A DNA stretch of 64,000 nt from Parcubacteria group bacterium (GTDB lineage Bacteria > Patescibacteriota > Minisyncoccia > Moranbacterales > UBA2206). This document shows positions 29,601 to 38,781 of this stretch, piece after piece. The notes beneath the pieces were generated by a model. It worked only from the letters and a program-made list of their open reading frames with translations. It was not told the origin of the DNA and ran no database searches. A program made the translations under genes and the position numbers. Within the stretch, counting starts at the first letter, position 1. Every line of letters starts with the position of its first letter. The stretch lies in assembly GCA_041659505.1 (NCBI GenBank), contig JBAZYF010000001.1:321719-385718 (forward strand). Reading direction: 5' to 3'.

Positions 29601-32600
29601 AAAAAGTCCGTCTTGAAAAGAACTGTAAGTATAGGTAGCATTTCCGGAAGTAATCCAGTTTCGATTGGAAACGTTTGTTCCCGATCCTCCGGTAGTGACC
29701 ACTGCCGGAACCTTACTGGTAGTGTTATTTAAATTTTCCCAAGTATAAACCGGGCCGGTTTGTGAGGCATTGAAACGGTAATATTCATTACCCGTAGCTA
29801 CATTTCCCCCTCCGCGTGTCACATAAATATAGCCATCTCCACCATCCATCATAGCTGACCCAGCTCCAGCCGCCCCAGGAAGCGGACCAATATTGGTCCA
29901 GCCCGTCCCAAACTTATAACGATAGACACTTGTACTACTACCACCTTGTGTCTTATATATATATTCATTATCACTTGCGTCTTTGTAGTATAAAATTTTT
30001 GATCCATCGTTGGAATTACAACTGCCCGTGCCAGTCATAGCCAACCAGACCGGAGTATCTGTTTCCTTTGTGTCATATTTCCACCAAACAGTATTGGCGC
30101 CTCCTTGAGTCAGATAAATATATCTTGAACCGTCATAAGTCATCGATGAACCGGTGGCTATTTGAAGACTAGGTAGATTACTCAAAACATTCGACCAGGA
30201 ATTTTTGTTTACATCATAACGGAAAAAATATGGACTCTTGGTATCTGTCCGACGCGTTCTCAGACCGCCGGGAACATAATAAATAGAGCCACCCTCCAAA
30301 CTTCCATCTACATAGGCGGCGCTGGCTCCATTAAACGCTCCCACCGGTAGCCGAGCTAATTCATTCGAAGCTCCTGTGGAAACGTCATATTTTTCAAAAG
30401 TATTATCATAGCCACCACGAAACATATAGAGATTCCTACTGTCGTCATCAACCGTAAAAGCGCCGTTAGTGAAGGGAAAGAAAGAATCAACATTATTATT
30501 GTTCCCTTTCGGAATTTCTGGACCAAATAGGCCCCTTTGCGGTGTCTCCCAACTGTTCTCGGCAACATTAAACCGGTAAAAAAGATTGGTATTGCCACCA
30601 CGCATAAAATAAATATACCCATCATATGCAACTAGCGATGCTCCGGGATATGCCACCAGACTCGGAGCGTCGGGAAGATTAGACCAATCATCGGTTTTAA
30701 TATCGTACTTCAAAAAAGACTGATGGAAATTATTATACGCAGCGTTATTTCCTGTAATGGCATAAATTGAATCAGTTTCACTATCATAGGTCAGACTTCC
30801 ACCGTTATAAAATCCTTCCGGCGCCGGAGTAAGTGGCGTCCAAGTATTTTTTACCTCTCCATAATCTGCGTCATTACCAAAAGAATACTTGGCAAAATAG
30901 GAATACTGATTTCCCTGAATCACATACATATTGTTACGTTCGTCATAAACAGAATCCCCACCTTCTCCGGTAAACTGTCCGCTGGCCGCATCATAAGGAT
31001 TGCCAAAATCGGCATTTTCAATGGACGCCGGGCTGTAGGGGTTTTTCCACCCTCCGGTGCATCCGCTCACTCCATTACAGGTATCATAAATCAAAAGGAC
31101 ATCATCTGTTCCTGGCATAGCATAAATATAACGCGAACCATCATAAGTCAGATTACTTCCCGCCGCAAAAGATTTGGGAGCGTTCCCCAATTCCACCCAG
31201 GAATTATTAAGAATATTATAAGTCCAAAAAGCCGCCGCGTTAACGACAACCTCATTGCCCGCTCCTCGAGTCGCATAAAGATACCCTTCGGGACCCTCCA
31301 CGAGCGAACCACCCGTATTGGAGTTGTAGGGAGTCGTGGCTCTGGTTGTCCAAGTGTCCGTTTCAATTTCGTAGCGGTAAAAAATTTTTAAATTATTCCC
31401 TGCCATTGTATAGAGGCAATGATTGTCATTGAACTGATATGGCGGCTCGACGTCAGTGTCATCTTTGCACCTGCCCAGCGCCAATTCTCCTCCACCATAA
31501 ACATTACCCAAGAGAGTGCTTAAACGATTTTGATTCCAAAAACCAGAGACAGGACTTAATTTCAATGATGCCGCGTCCCCCGTACCAAAAACAGCTACGT
31601 CAGAAGAAGACCCTCCGCTAGTGAAATCATTCGTGCTCGTTACTACGCTATGCAAAGGATCCACGCCTGTAGCAGTGGAAACACCGGCATAATTATACAC
31701 AAAAGCATCCCAAATTTCATTCGCCATCTTGCCTTCATTATCTTTTGTTTTTATTTTCAAATGATAATCTCCCGTTGAAAGTGGCGTATTGGCCAAATAA
31801 GTCGCACCGGATTGGAATGACCAATTACTGCCTGTCACCGGTTCGGAACAATTACTATCACTGTCAAAACAAACATAATATCCATTAATGCCAGATCCAT
31901 TATCAGTCATTCCTAACCAAGAAAAATAAGGATGTTCATAGGGATAACCCTCGCTATATTCTGATTCTATGGCAAATCCTCCTACTTGCTGGGAATATCC
32001 CTGAAGACTTGATGGGTTAGTCGGCACTTGGCTGTTGTGATTATAGGAAAACGTGTAGTCATAAACAGTAGGCGTGTTCTGTCCGTCTGTCGAAACAAAA
32101 TTTATCTTAATTTTGATATATCTTCGGGTTCCCTCCGATGAAGAGATGTCTGCCGTCAAAAGGCCATCCTCCTCTTGTGCGTTATCCACTTCGTGCCAGT
32201 TACTACTATTGGTTTCGTCCGGCCAGTTGGCATTATCCGCATCAGTCATGGTCGAGAAAGTTATTCCGGTATTAAGTGGGATATCCACATTAGCGCTGAT
32301 ACCCTCCCAACTGGAAACCGTCGAGAGATCCATCGCCTGGCTGATGTACGTACCCGCTGATACTGATGAATTAACAAAATTGTGAGCACCTATTTGAAAA
32401 TGTCGCATGGAAGTCTGATCCTGAGCAGTTCCATAATTTCCTATTAGGGCATACAAAGAGCTTCCTCCTGAATATTCTATGTTGGCTCCTTGCCACACCC
32501 CTCGACCAAAAGTATATTTTTCGGTCGCCGGCAGTTTTCGCCAGGAATTATTGGAAATATCATATTCCCAAATTTCATCTTTGTAATATCCCGCTAGCGC

Positions 32601-34709
32601 GTAAATCTTACCGGCAAAGTAAGTCATAGTTGTTCCGTAATATTGAGCAAACGGAGTTGAGGCCAGCTTACTCCATACCCAAGAACCGGTAGAATTGGAA
32701 TACTTCAAGAAAGTCGTTTCCCCGTCTCCCAAAGTCAGATAGATATCGGTGCTGTTGACTTCTTCGCTAAAATATGTTCCTGGTGAAACCATCCGAGCGC
32801 CAACATTAGCAAAATACGCGACGCCTCCAACAACAATATCATTAGTCGCGCCACTAATACGAGCACAAGCAGAAAAACTAGTACCACAATCATAGAAGTA
32901 ACTTGAAATCGGGCTAGCTCCTCCGCCCGGCATTACATAATAATGACTGCCATTATAAATTATTCCTCCGCCATTCCCAACTGTCGGCATTCCAGTGGGA
33001 ACAGAAGAACCCCAACTCCCCGGAGCAGCTTGAGTAGTATCAAAAGTATAAACGGATGTTCCGCGCGGATAATATATAACTCCGGAAACCTCGTTAATTG
33101 TTCCGGTTGCATCAGCTGTTACGCTCGCTATTGATCCTCGCGTAATCCAGTCATTTTGCGAAACATCGTATTCATTGAAATAAACCGAATTGCCAGAAAC
33201 GGCGAAAACAGAGCTATCCTCCGCAACTGTCTTGCCATTCCAAATCAGATCGCCACCTGTTCCCACAGCCCTTAAGGTACCGGCTCCGTCCTGGACTTGC
33301 TCCGGACCGACCCATTGATGACCAATTGCTCCGCTTGGGTCATATTTCCAAAGATCAGTCGTTGCCGCACTTCCATTGCTGGCTCTTATGACATAAATAT
33401 TTTTATCCGTTTCATTGTAAGTCAAAGAAGAATAATTATTGTTTCCGGGAGCATTATCCACTGTAAACCAAGTATTTTTTTGTCCCGGACAAGTGCCGTC
33501 TGACCCATCATCACAAGTAATCTGATAGCGATAGAAGGTGGCCGTGTTAGTGGAACGCAAAAAGAAGAGACTTTTGGCGTGGCCCGCTCCTCCGCCATCC
33601 CAATAGACTCCCTTTTGCTCCCCATTAAAGTTAGCTAGAGTATTTGCCATTAGCTCCCAACTGCCCATATCATCATCCGTCGCGGGAATTAAAAAACGAT
33701 AAAAACTTGCAGTATTGCTTCCCCGAATTGCATAAAGATATCCATCATGACCATAGACAAGATCCCCTCCGGTATTAACGGTGGCTGGTGAAGTTATGCC
33801 GGATAAGTTTTGCCAATAAGGATCATCGGCATTTACATGATATTTATAAAAGTCACCGCTGGCATTTCCCCGTAAAAAATAAACGTCCGCACCGTCAGTT
33901 TCGATAGATGATCCATAGTAAGTAGAATCCCGCAAATCCGGAAGCTGTTTCCAACTTTGAGTCGCAATATTGAATTCATAAAATTTTTGTAAATATCCCC
34001 CAAAAATAGCATATATTTTCCCCGTTCCTTCGGTTGCGCCGGGAATAAAAGTCATATCAGCACCATAATTGGCGGGAAAAGGAAGATCCGGCAATGTTTC
34101 CCAGCGATCATTTACTGTGTCATAACGCCAAAATTCTTTATCCGCATATCCTCGCATAACATATAAATAGTTCCAGGCCATCTTGGAAGCACTGCCAAAA
34201 TATATTGTGTCCGGCGGAGCCGCCCACAGCCTAGCATCCCAGCTCCCCTGTGGCGCTAGCTGAATAGCATCTTGGCTAGTATTAGTGGTTACGCCGGTCA
34301 ATGACCCTAACTCCCAATCAAACGCAGAAGTCACTGTTTTGAATTGGGGTGAGGCGAGAATCGTTGGGATAATTCCGCCCAAAAAGACAAAAATTACAAA
34401 AGTAACAGTTAGGCGCAAAGTGGTTTTTGAAGCAAAAAGGATAATTTTAGTAAAGATCTTCTTTATATAACCAAAGATCGCTACCCATTTGCGCCGACGA
34501 AGATAGCTTTTCCCCAGGCTATGCTTGGAAGCCAAGTCATAATCTTGCAAAAATCCGCCCAGGCTTTCTTGGGTGATGAGAATTTTTTTCTTCCGTCTGC
34601 GCCTGCTTTCCAGATGAAAAAAGGTGAAAAATTTTCCCCACAAAAACGCCGTCTTTTTTTGAGAATATCTGGAAAGTCTATTTTTTTTATGTTTGGTCAG
34701 GTTGATCAA
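26682..34709 (-). CDS. Giant (2675 aa) surface protein: Kelch-like beta-propellers plus fibronectin-III/Ig-like domains
   Basis: Repeated YxxxG...FxxYDxxxxxW blades; FN3 starts (DKTAPTLP, TTAPGPP); basic N-terminus then TM at about aa 98-118. Confidence 0.8.
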   Translation of the reverse strand: MINLTKHKKNRLSRYSQKKTAFLWGKFFTFFHLESRRRRKKKILITQESLGGFLQDYDLASKHSLGKSYLRRRKWVAIFGYIKKIFTKIILFASKTTLRLTVTFVIFVFLGGIIPTILASPQFKTVTSAFDWELGSLTGVTTNTSQDAIQLAPQGSWDARLWAAPPDTIYFGSASKMAWNYLYVMRGYADKEFWRYDTVNDRWETLPDLPFPANYGADMTFIPGATEGTGKIYAIFGGYLQKFYEFNIATQSWKQLPDLRDSTYYGSSIETDGADVYFLRGNASGDFYKYHVNADDPYWQNLSGITSPATVNTGGDLVYGHDGYLYAIRGSNTASFYRFLIPATDDDMGSWELMANTLANFNGEQKGVYWDGGGAGHAKSLFFLRSTNTATFYRYQITCDDGSDGTCPGQKNTWFTVDNAPGNNNYSSLTYNETDKNIYVIRASNGSAATTDLWKYDPSGAIGHQWVGPEQVQDGAGTLRAVGTGGDLIWNGKTVAEDSSVFAVSGNSVYFNEYDVSQNDWITRGSIASVTADATGTINEVSGVIYYPRGTSVYTFDTTQAAPGSWGSSVPTGMPTVGNGGGIIYNGSHYYVMPGGGASPISSYFYDCGTSFSACARISGATNDIVVGGVAYFANVGARMVSPGTYFSEEVNSTDIYLTLGDGETTFLKYSNSTGSWVWSKLASTPFAQYYGTTMTYFAGKIYALAGYYKDEIWEYDISNNSWRKLPATEKYTFGRGVWQGANIEYSGGSSLYALIGNYGTAQDQTSMRHFQIGAHNFVNSSVSAGTYISQAMDLSTVSSWEGISANVDIPLNTGITFSTMTDADNANWPDETNSSNWHEVDNAQEEDGLLTADISSSEGTRRYIKIKINFVSTDGQNTPTVYDYTFSYNHNSQVPTNPSSLQGYSQQVGGFAIESEYSEGYPYEHPYFSWLGMTDNGSGINGYYVCFDSDSNCSEPVTGSNWSFQSGATYLANTPLSTGDYHLKIKTKDNEGKMANEIWDAFVYNYAGVSTATGVDPLHSVVTSTNDFTSGGSSSDVAVFGTGDAASLKLSPVSGFWNQNRLSTLLGNVYGGGELALGRCKDDTDVEPPYQFNDNHCLYTMAGNNLKIFYRYEIETDTWTTRATTPYNSNTGGSLVEGPEGYLYATRGAGNEVVVNAAAFWTYNILNNSWVELGNAPKSFAAGSNLTYDGSRYIYAMPGTDDVLLIYDTCNGVSGCTGGWKNPYSPASIENADFGNPYDAASGQFTGEGGDSVYDERNNMYVIQGNQYSYFAKYSFGNDADYGEVKNTWTPLTPAPEGFYNGGSLTYDSETDSIYAITGNNAAYNNFHQSFLKYDIKTDDWSNLPDAPSLVAYPGASLVAYDGYIYFMRGGNTNLFYRFNVAENSWETPQRGLFGPEIPKGNNNNVDSFFPFTNGAFTVDDDSRNLYMFRGGYDNTFEKYDVSTGASNELARLPVGAFNGASAAYVDGSLEGGSIYYVPGGLRTRRTDTKSPYFFRYDVNKNSWSNVLSNLPSLQIATGSSMTYDGSRYIYLTQGGANTVWWKYDTKETDTPVWLAMTGTGSCNSNDGSKILYYKDASDNEYIYKTQGGSSTSVYRYKFGTGWTNIGPLPGAAGAGSAMMDGGDGYIYVTRGGGNVATGNEYYRFNASQTGPVYTWENLNNTTSKVPAVVTTGGSGTNVSNRNWITSGNATYTYSSFQDGLFNYVVSSSANQVGFSKTGNYVSGVIDTHNSVYRWGNISIDYTLPDEVNNFLTFETRTSESGSLLPEDEADWSTWTPVSNEHVYGNRHVFNINSDPRQYIQVRIGFASADQIFSPRVDDFSIYYYQDIEQPNSPSAVTAYSKEATSAEDPRVIITNVTDEEYPTGQNWYGYDTPYFEWPVAGEANGASDNPNPGGSGISGYYVCFGTEEECPDAIANGDFQEGNTFSAPTLLPTDSGKKYYLKIAAVDNVGLPSESYTGFIYQLDKTAPTLPTNISANPSSYSSSSKFTWSWLDDAEDDQSGIDRFQYRLGNETPDTWHELTELGTLSQIVEPYQPNENEFYLKVLDVAGNETVSGAKYFFWSGGAASKPIGLEVNPSNEDNVTNNFTFTWHIPESYAGDSSKITYFYSVNYDPTPFNTVETTATSAGPGPFATQFGKNTFHIVAMSEGGSKTNPDDVDWEHPADVFFYARTTAPGPPLNAQAFDTSDREAAEYSIALKWSAPTTYDEGNFAGYAIFRSDDGINFGDEIAMTTGSAFVDTNLESKLYYYYVKSKDKTNNYSIPTSIVSLTPTGRYTTAPTLVGVPKVTVQSFAANFTWATNRVASSFVEYGTSSSFGKTNGQVDSLTDHMVDVTGLSAGTKYFYRVKYIDPDGNIGMSDILNFITLPPPTISEVLITNIVLNEAIVSWETNVSAACTLSYGAGTNKEESGGASHVQRINNLSADSTYTLKISCVDADLNEFSSDEYTFVTPKQPTASDVTVQNEENVDLPTIVIRYLTNVPTTTLVYFKSSEESSPHTFLTSEKVTEHEARIEGLDPAKEYTLSITGTDDNGINITPLEQKITTKSDSRPPKVVTNRSLGKVLGRGNNSQANVYIKIETDEETNVKVKYAKGVVTSTLEQTVSSDGLNTYHLITIPAEPGQVYSYEAECYDAVGNLTKTEITSVVVEKAKASATEVITGTFASRFGWMSNLWAK

Positions 34710-34880
34710 CTTTTTTTATTTTTACATTTTTTAACACACCGCGATGACTTGCATTTTTGCAAGTTTGCCAAAAATTCTATATAAATAAATACAAAAAAAC
34801 ATTTGGTTTTTTCGCCATTTATCACTCTAATTATTATACCATAAAATTTATTAAAAAAAAGCAGCCCGTCAAATATAAAC

Positions 34881-34908
34881 CAAGCCCCGGAAATATTTCC
34901 GGGGCTTG
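34881..34908. terminator. Perfect 28-bp palindrome after the response regulator
   Basis: caagccccggaaat|atttccggggcttg. Confidence 0.5.
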
Positions 34909-34946
34909 TGAAAAAAAGTTGGAATGTTTCAGAAAAACAAGAAACG

Positions 34947-35330
34947 TTAATCACTGACAATTTCCTTCACCCGCTCAATAATTTGCGCCATTTTCCACTC
35001 TGCTTTGAGCATATATTCTTGGATACCCAATTTTTTCGCCTCTTCAATTTTATGCATATCGCTGATATTGGTCAGTAAAATCACAGGAACATTATTCCCC
35101 CACGCATCATGCCTTAATTTTTCCAGCATCTCAAGGCCGTCCATGTTAGGCATGGCGATATCCAGAAGAATCACCAATGGGTGAATTTCTAATGCCTTCT
35201 CTAATCCTTCTGCGCCATCTTTGGCGAGTGCGACGGAAAACCCGGAAGTGCCGAACTTATCGCTCAAAATTTCTCGCATATCCTCTTCGTCATCAACGAT
35301 GAGAATTTTTCTTTCTTTGTCGTTTGCCAT
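34947..35330 (-). CDS. Single-domain response regulator
   Basis: ILIVDDE, LLDIAMPNMDG, LLTN, K. Confidence 0.92.
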   Translation of the reverse strand: MANDKERKILIVDDEEDMREILSDKFGTSGFSVALAKDGAEGLEKALEIHPLVILLDIAMPNMDGLEMLEKLRHDAWGNNVPVILLTNISDMHKIEEAKKLGIQEYMLKAEWKMAQIIERVKEIVSD

Positions 35331-35339
35331 TTTATTCAC

Positions 35340-35517
35340 GACTTACGCATTTACCCGAGTCAACTGTATTTTCTAAAAAAACGTGTCTGAGAATGCCTTT
35401 TTTCTTCAAAATTTTCCACTGGTTGCCTTTGATAGAGGGAAAATTTTGAAAAGAAAAAAGAGCGTTCGAGTTATTTTTTTAGAAAATACGGTTGCGAGGT
35501 AAGACGCGTAAATCCTA
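35340..35517. mobile_element. MITE-like long hairpin, family A copy 2
   Basis: Near-identical to 6702-6881; fills the gap between the kinase and the response regulator. Confidence 0.7.
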
Positions 35518-35532
35518 TTATTAATAAAAAAT

Positions 35533-37524
35533 TTAAATTAATTTTCTCGTTCCTTCTTTTTTGGGCATACCAGATTCTGGCAAAATAACCGTGAAAGTCG
35601 TGCCTTTGTTTTCAATCGAATCAAATTTGATCGTTCCGCCGGAATGTTCAATGATTGCTTTTATGATATAGAGCCCCAGACCAGTCCCCTCGGCGTCTTT
35701 TTCTTTGGCATTATCCGCTCGGAAAAAACGAGTAAAAATATCGGATTTCTGATTGTCCGTGATGCCAATCCCCTGATCAACCACTCGAATCACAATGTTA
35801 GGTGATTTTTGAGAGATTTCCAAGACTACCTTACCATCTCGCTTGGAATATTTGATCGCATTGGTCAAGAGATTCTGAAAGATCATCGTTATCAATTGCT
35901 GATCTCCTTTGAGCATTATCTTCTTTCCGGAAAACTTTTTCTCAATAGAAATATTTTGGATCGAACTGAATGAGCTGAGATCTTTAACAAGATTTTCTGC
36001 CAATCGCACCAGATCAATCTCTTTTGTTTCAATTGAAAAAGTGCCCATTTCCAGCCGAGAAGTATTAAGGAGCGCCCGCACCAACTCAACCATCCGGTTG
36101 GTAGCATGGCTGATTTTTTCCAAATATGTTTTTTGTTTTTCCGAAAAACCCCGCTGATCTTCCAGCAGCGCTTCACTATGCCAACTGATGATGGAGAGCG
36201 GGGTGCGCAACTGATGGGAAGCCAAAGAGACAAACTCGGTCTTGGCTTTGTCAATTTCATTTTCCTTGGTGATATCACGAAAAACCAAAATGGCACCGAT
36301 TAATTTGTTCTCGGAAATGACCGGCGAAGCCGTAATGAAAACGGGAATTTTTCTGCCAGAATGGACACAAAAATATTTTCCTGAAATTTTTTCCCCGCTA
36401 GTGATCGTTTTTTGCAAAGGCTTTTCTTTGTTTGAAAGTTTTTTTTCAAATTCATCTTCAACTTCATACAGCTCCGCTGTGGTTTTCCCCAAAAGCTCTT
36501 TACTCGGCCTGCCCAAGATGACCTCGGTCTGCCTGTTGACTAAAATCACTTTGCCCTTTTTGTCGATCGCGATGATGCCCTCTCCGACACTATCCAAAAA
36601 AGCCTCCTCCTTTGCTTTGTCCTCAGTAATATTCCTCGCACAAGCCACTATCTCATTCGTCTTCGCTTTAACTTTTTTTTCCATCTGCGTATGAAGAATT
36701 TCCAATTCAAGCGCCATCTGATTGAATGTTTTGGCGATCATCCCAAATTCATTGTCTCCGACAATATCTATCCTAGTTTTGAAATCACTGCTAAATTTAG
36801 CGATAGATTTGGTAATTTTATCGATCGGACGCAAGGCATATTGCAGATAGAAAAACAGGAAGAGTGGGAAAAAAATAGAAATTACTCCCAAGACTTCCCA
36901 AAGCACCATCCGCATGTCTCGTTCATAGGCCAGTATCGTTTCCGCGGGAATATCCACGCCAACAATGGCGATCGCCTCACCCTTCTCATTGAAAATTGGA
37001 GCATAGCCGGACAACCAACAGCCCCATTTGTCGCAACTGATTTGTTTGTCAGTTGTCTTGGCCTCAAAAGCCTTCGCCATTTCCGGAAAAGCCGAGATTT
37101 CATATTCTTCTTCAAAATCAACACCCACTTCATTTTCCTCAATCGCCCCGTTGCCATTCCGATCCTGGGTGTCATTTGCGCTAACGATGAACTTTAAGAT
37201 ATTGCGATAAGCGGATTTTTTCATGAGATAGATGTCATCAACTTCCGGATTGTTCATTTTGATTTTTTGAAGCATCCCTTTCAGCTCCAGATAGTTATCA
37301 CTGGCTGTGTCCGCTTCCGTCTGGATCGCCGCCACTTTTTCCGGATCAATAACCGCCGCCGAAGAAGAAGCGATAGCAAGCAATTTTTCCTGAGAAACTT
37401 CCCGGATCAGCGCTTGGCGAGTTTGATAGGTGATAACACCAACTACTATGAGGATTGTGACGACGACGACTTCTAAAACTAAGATGACTCTTGTTCTAAA
37501 ACTGATATCTCTTATTTTTTTCAT
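35533..37524 (-). CDS. Sensor histidine kinase (TM - extracytoplasmic sensor - TM - HAMP - PAS - HisKA - HATPase)
   Basis: SHQLRTPL H-box, NLLTNAIKY, DQGIG, GTGLGL. Confidence 0.93.
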   Translation of the reverse strand: MKKIRDISFRTRVILVLEVVVVTILIVVGVITYQTRQALIREVSQEKLLAIASSSAAVIDPEKVAAIQTEADTASDNYLELKGMLQKIKMNNPEVDDIYLMKKSAYRNILKFIVSANDTQDRNGNGAIEENEVGVDFEEEYEISAFPEMAKAFEAKTTDKQISCDKWGCWLSGYAPIFNEKGEAIAIVGVDIPAETILAYERDMRMVLWEVLGVISIFFPLFLFFYLQYALRPIDKITKSIAKFSSDFKTRIDIVGDNEFGMIAKTFNQMALELEILHTQMEKKVKAKTNEIVACARNITEDKAKEEAFLDSVGEGIIAIDKKGKVILVNRQTEVILGRPSKELLGKTTAELYEVEDEFEKKLSNKEKPLQKTITSGEKISGKYFCVHSGRKIPVFITASPVISENKLIGAILVFRDITKENEIDKAKTEFVSLASHQLRTPLSIISWHSEALLEDQRGFSEKQKTYLEKISHATNRMVELVRALLNTSRLEMGTFSIETKEIDLVRLAENLVKDLSSFSSIQNISIEKKFSGKKIMLKGDQQLITMIFQNLLTNAIKYSKRDGKVVLEISQKSPNIVIRVVDQGIGITDNQKSDIFTRFFRADNAKEKDAEGTGLGLYIIKAIIEHSGGTIKFDSIENKGTTFTVILPESGMPKKEGTRKLI

Positions 37525-37662
37525 TTATTTTTTATTAATTGACTCTTTGTTTTTTATCATAACACGGATATGGAAAATTCAAAAAAATATTTTTTTACAG
37601 TATTCATTTTTATGCTATAATTTAGTCATCAAGAAGTCAGTTTGTGAGAATTATCACCAATT

Positions 37663-38691
37663 ATGCCCAATATCAACAAATTTTTTCAACGCTTATCTTC
37701 GAAAAACAAATACTTGCCTGCCGGATTAGCTACGCTCATTTTGGCTGTTCTTTTTTTGTCCGGTTTTTTTCTCGGCAGAAAGATGCAAACCGGAGACAAT
37801 GGGCAAAGCAAGGAGATCCGCCAATCATCCGGATATGCTTTTATTAACCCGCTTTTGGAATGCGAAGTTGGGAATGAATCACCAATCTTGAAATCAGCCG
37901 AGTTGAAAGTAAAAAAAGCGATCCAGGAGCAGATAATTGACAAAAACCCCTCCGCCAGCATTGCTTTTTATTATCGGGATCTGAATAATGGTCCGACATT
38001 TGGAATCAATGAACAGTCCAGCTATTCCCCAGCCAGTCTTTTGAAAGTTCCAATCATGTTGGCCTACTATAAATATTCCGAGCACGATCCGACTATTTTT
38101 GGGAAATCACTCACCGCGGGAAAACCAGCCACTGAGTTTTCCCAGCAGATCCAGCCGGAAAAACGGATTTCGGAAGGCAAGAGCTACACCGTTTCGCAAT
38201 TGATTGAAGCGATGATCAAATACTCTGACAACGATGCAACCAATCTTTTGTTTCAAAATGTCAACCAAAAAGATTTCGGCGCGGTCTTTTCCGATCTGGG
38301 AATCAATATGCCGGAAATCTACAATGCGAACAACTCGATGACCGTCAAAGATTATGCCTCTTTTTTCCGCATCCTCTATAACGCATCCTACCTAAACCGA
38401 GGACTTTCCGAGCAAGCATTAGCACTACTCGGAACGGTTGATTATAAGGGCGGACTCTTAGCTGGAACTCCGAAGGGAATTACAGTTGCCCATAAATTCG
38501 GAGAGCGAGAATCATTAGGTGATGATAAACAAGTCGTGAGGCAACTGCATGATTGCGGGATCGTGTACCATCCGCAAAGACCCTATCTGCTCTGCGTGAT
38601 GACCAAAGGGCAGGATTTCACCAAGCTTTCCCATATAATCGCCGGAATTTCTAAAATCATCTACGACCAAGTCGATTCCGGAGCACGTTGA
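37663..38691 (+). CDS. Class A beta-lactamase-related serine hydrolase
   Basis: ASLLK (SxxK), YSDN, HKFG; N-terminal TM. Confidence 0.85.
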   Translation: MPNINKFFQRLSSKNKYLPAGLATLILAVLFLSGFFLGRKMQTGDNGQSKEIRQSSGYAFINPLLECEVGNESPILKSAELKVKKAIQEQIIDKNPSASIAFYYRDLNNGPTFGINEQSSYSPASLLKVPIMLAYYKYSEHDPTIFGKSLTAGKPATEFSQQIQPEKRISEGKSYTVSQLIEAMIKYSDNDATNLLFQNVNQKDFGAVFSDLGINMPEIYNANNSMTVKDYASFFRILYNASYLNRGLSEQALALLGTVDYKGGLLAGTPKGITVAHKFGERESLGDDKQVVRQLHDCGIVYHPQRPYLLCVMTKGQDFTKLSHIIAGISKIIYDQVDSGAR

Positions 38692-38704
38692 AAATAAGGT
38701 TACC

Positions 38705-38739
38705 AAAAAAGAGACGGATTTTTCAATCCGTCTTTTTTT
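38705..38739. terminator. Bidirectional intrinsic terminator
   Basis: aaaaaagagacggatt...aatccgtcttttttt between convergent genes. Confidence 0.7.
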
Positions 38740-38781
38740 AACTTGAGTTTTTTTGATTTAGAACTTACGCAAGTCCCGCAA

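Noticed and set aside
26682-34709. DGR target or phage tail gene
   Set aside because: No reverse transcriptase, no TR/VR pair differing at adenines seen, and no phage structural genes; the duplication is old and visible only at protein level.
34706-34960. 84-aa ORF between the response regulator and the giant gene
   Set aside because: It spans a palindrome and AT-rich promoter-like DNA and has no protein-like features.
37663-38691. Bona fide antibiotic-resistance beta-lactamase
   Set aside because: SxxK/SDN/KxG are present but no clear class A omega-loop ExxLN motif; a membrane-anchored cell-wall hydrolase is as likely.
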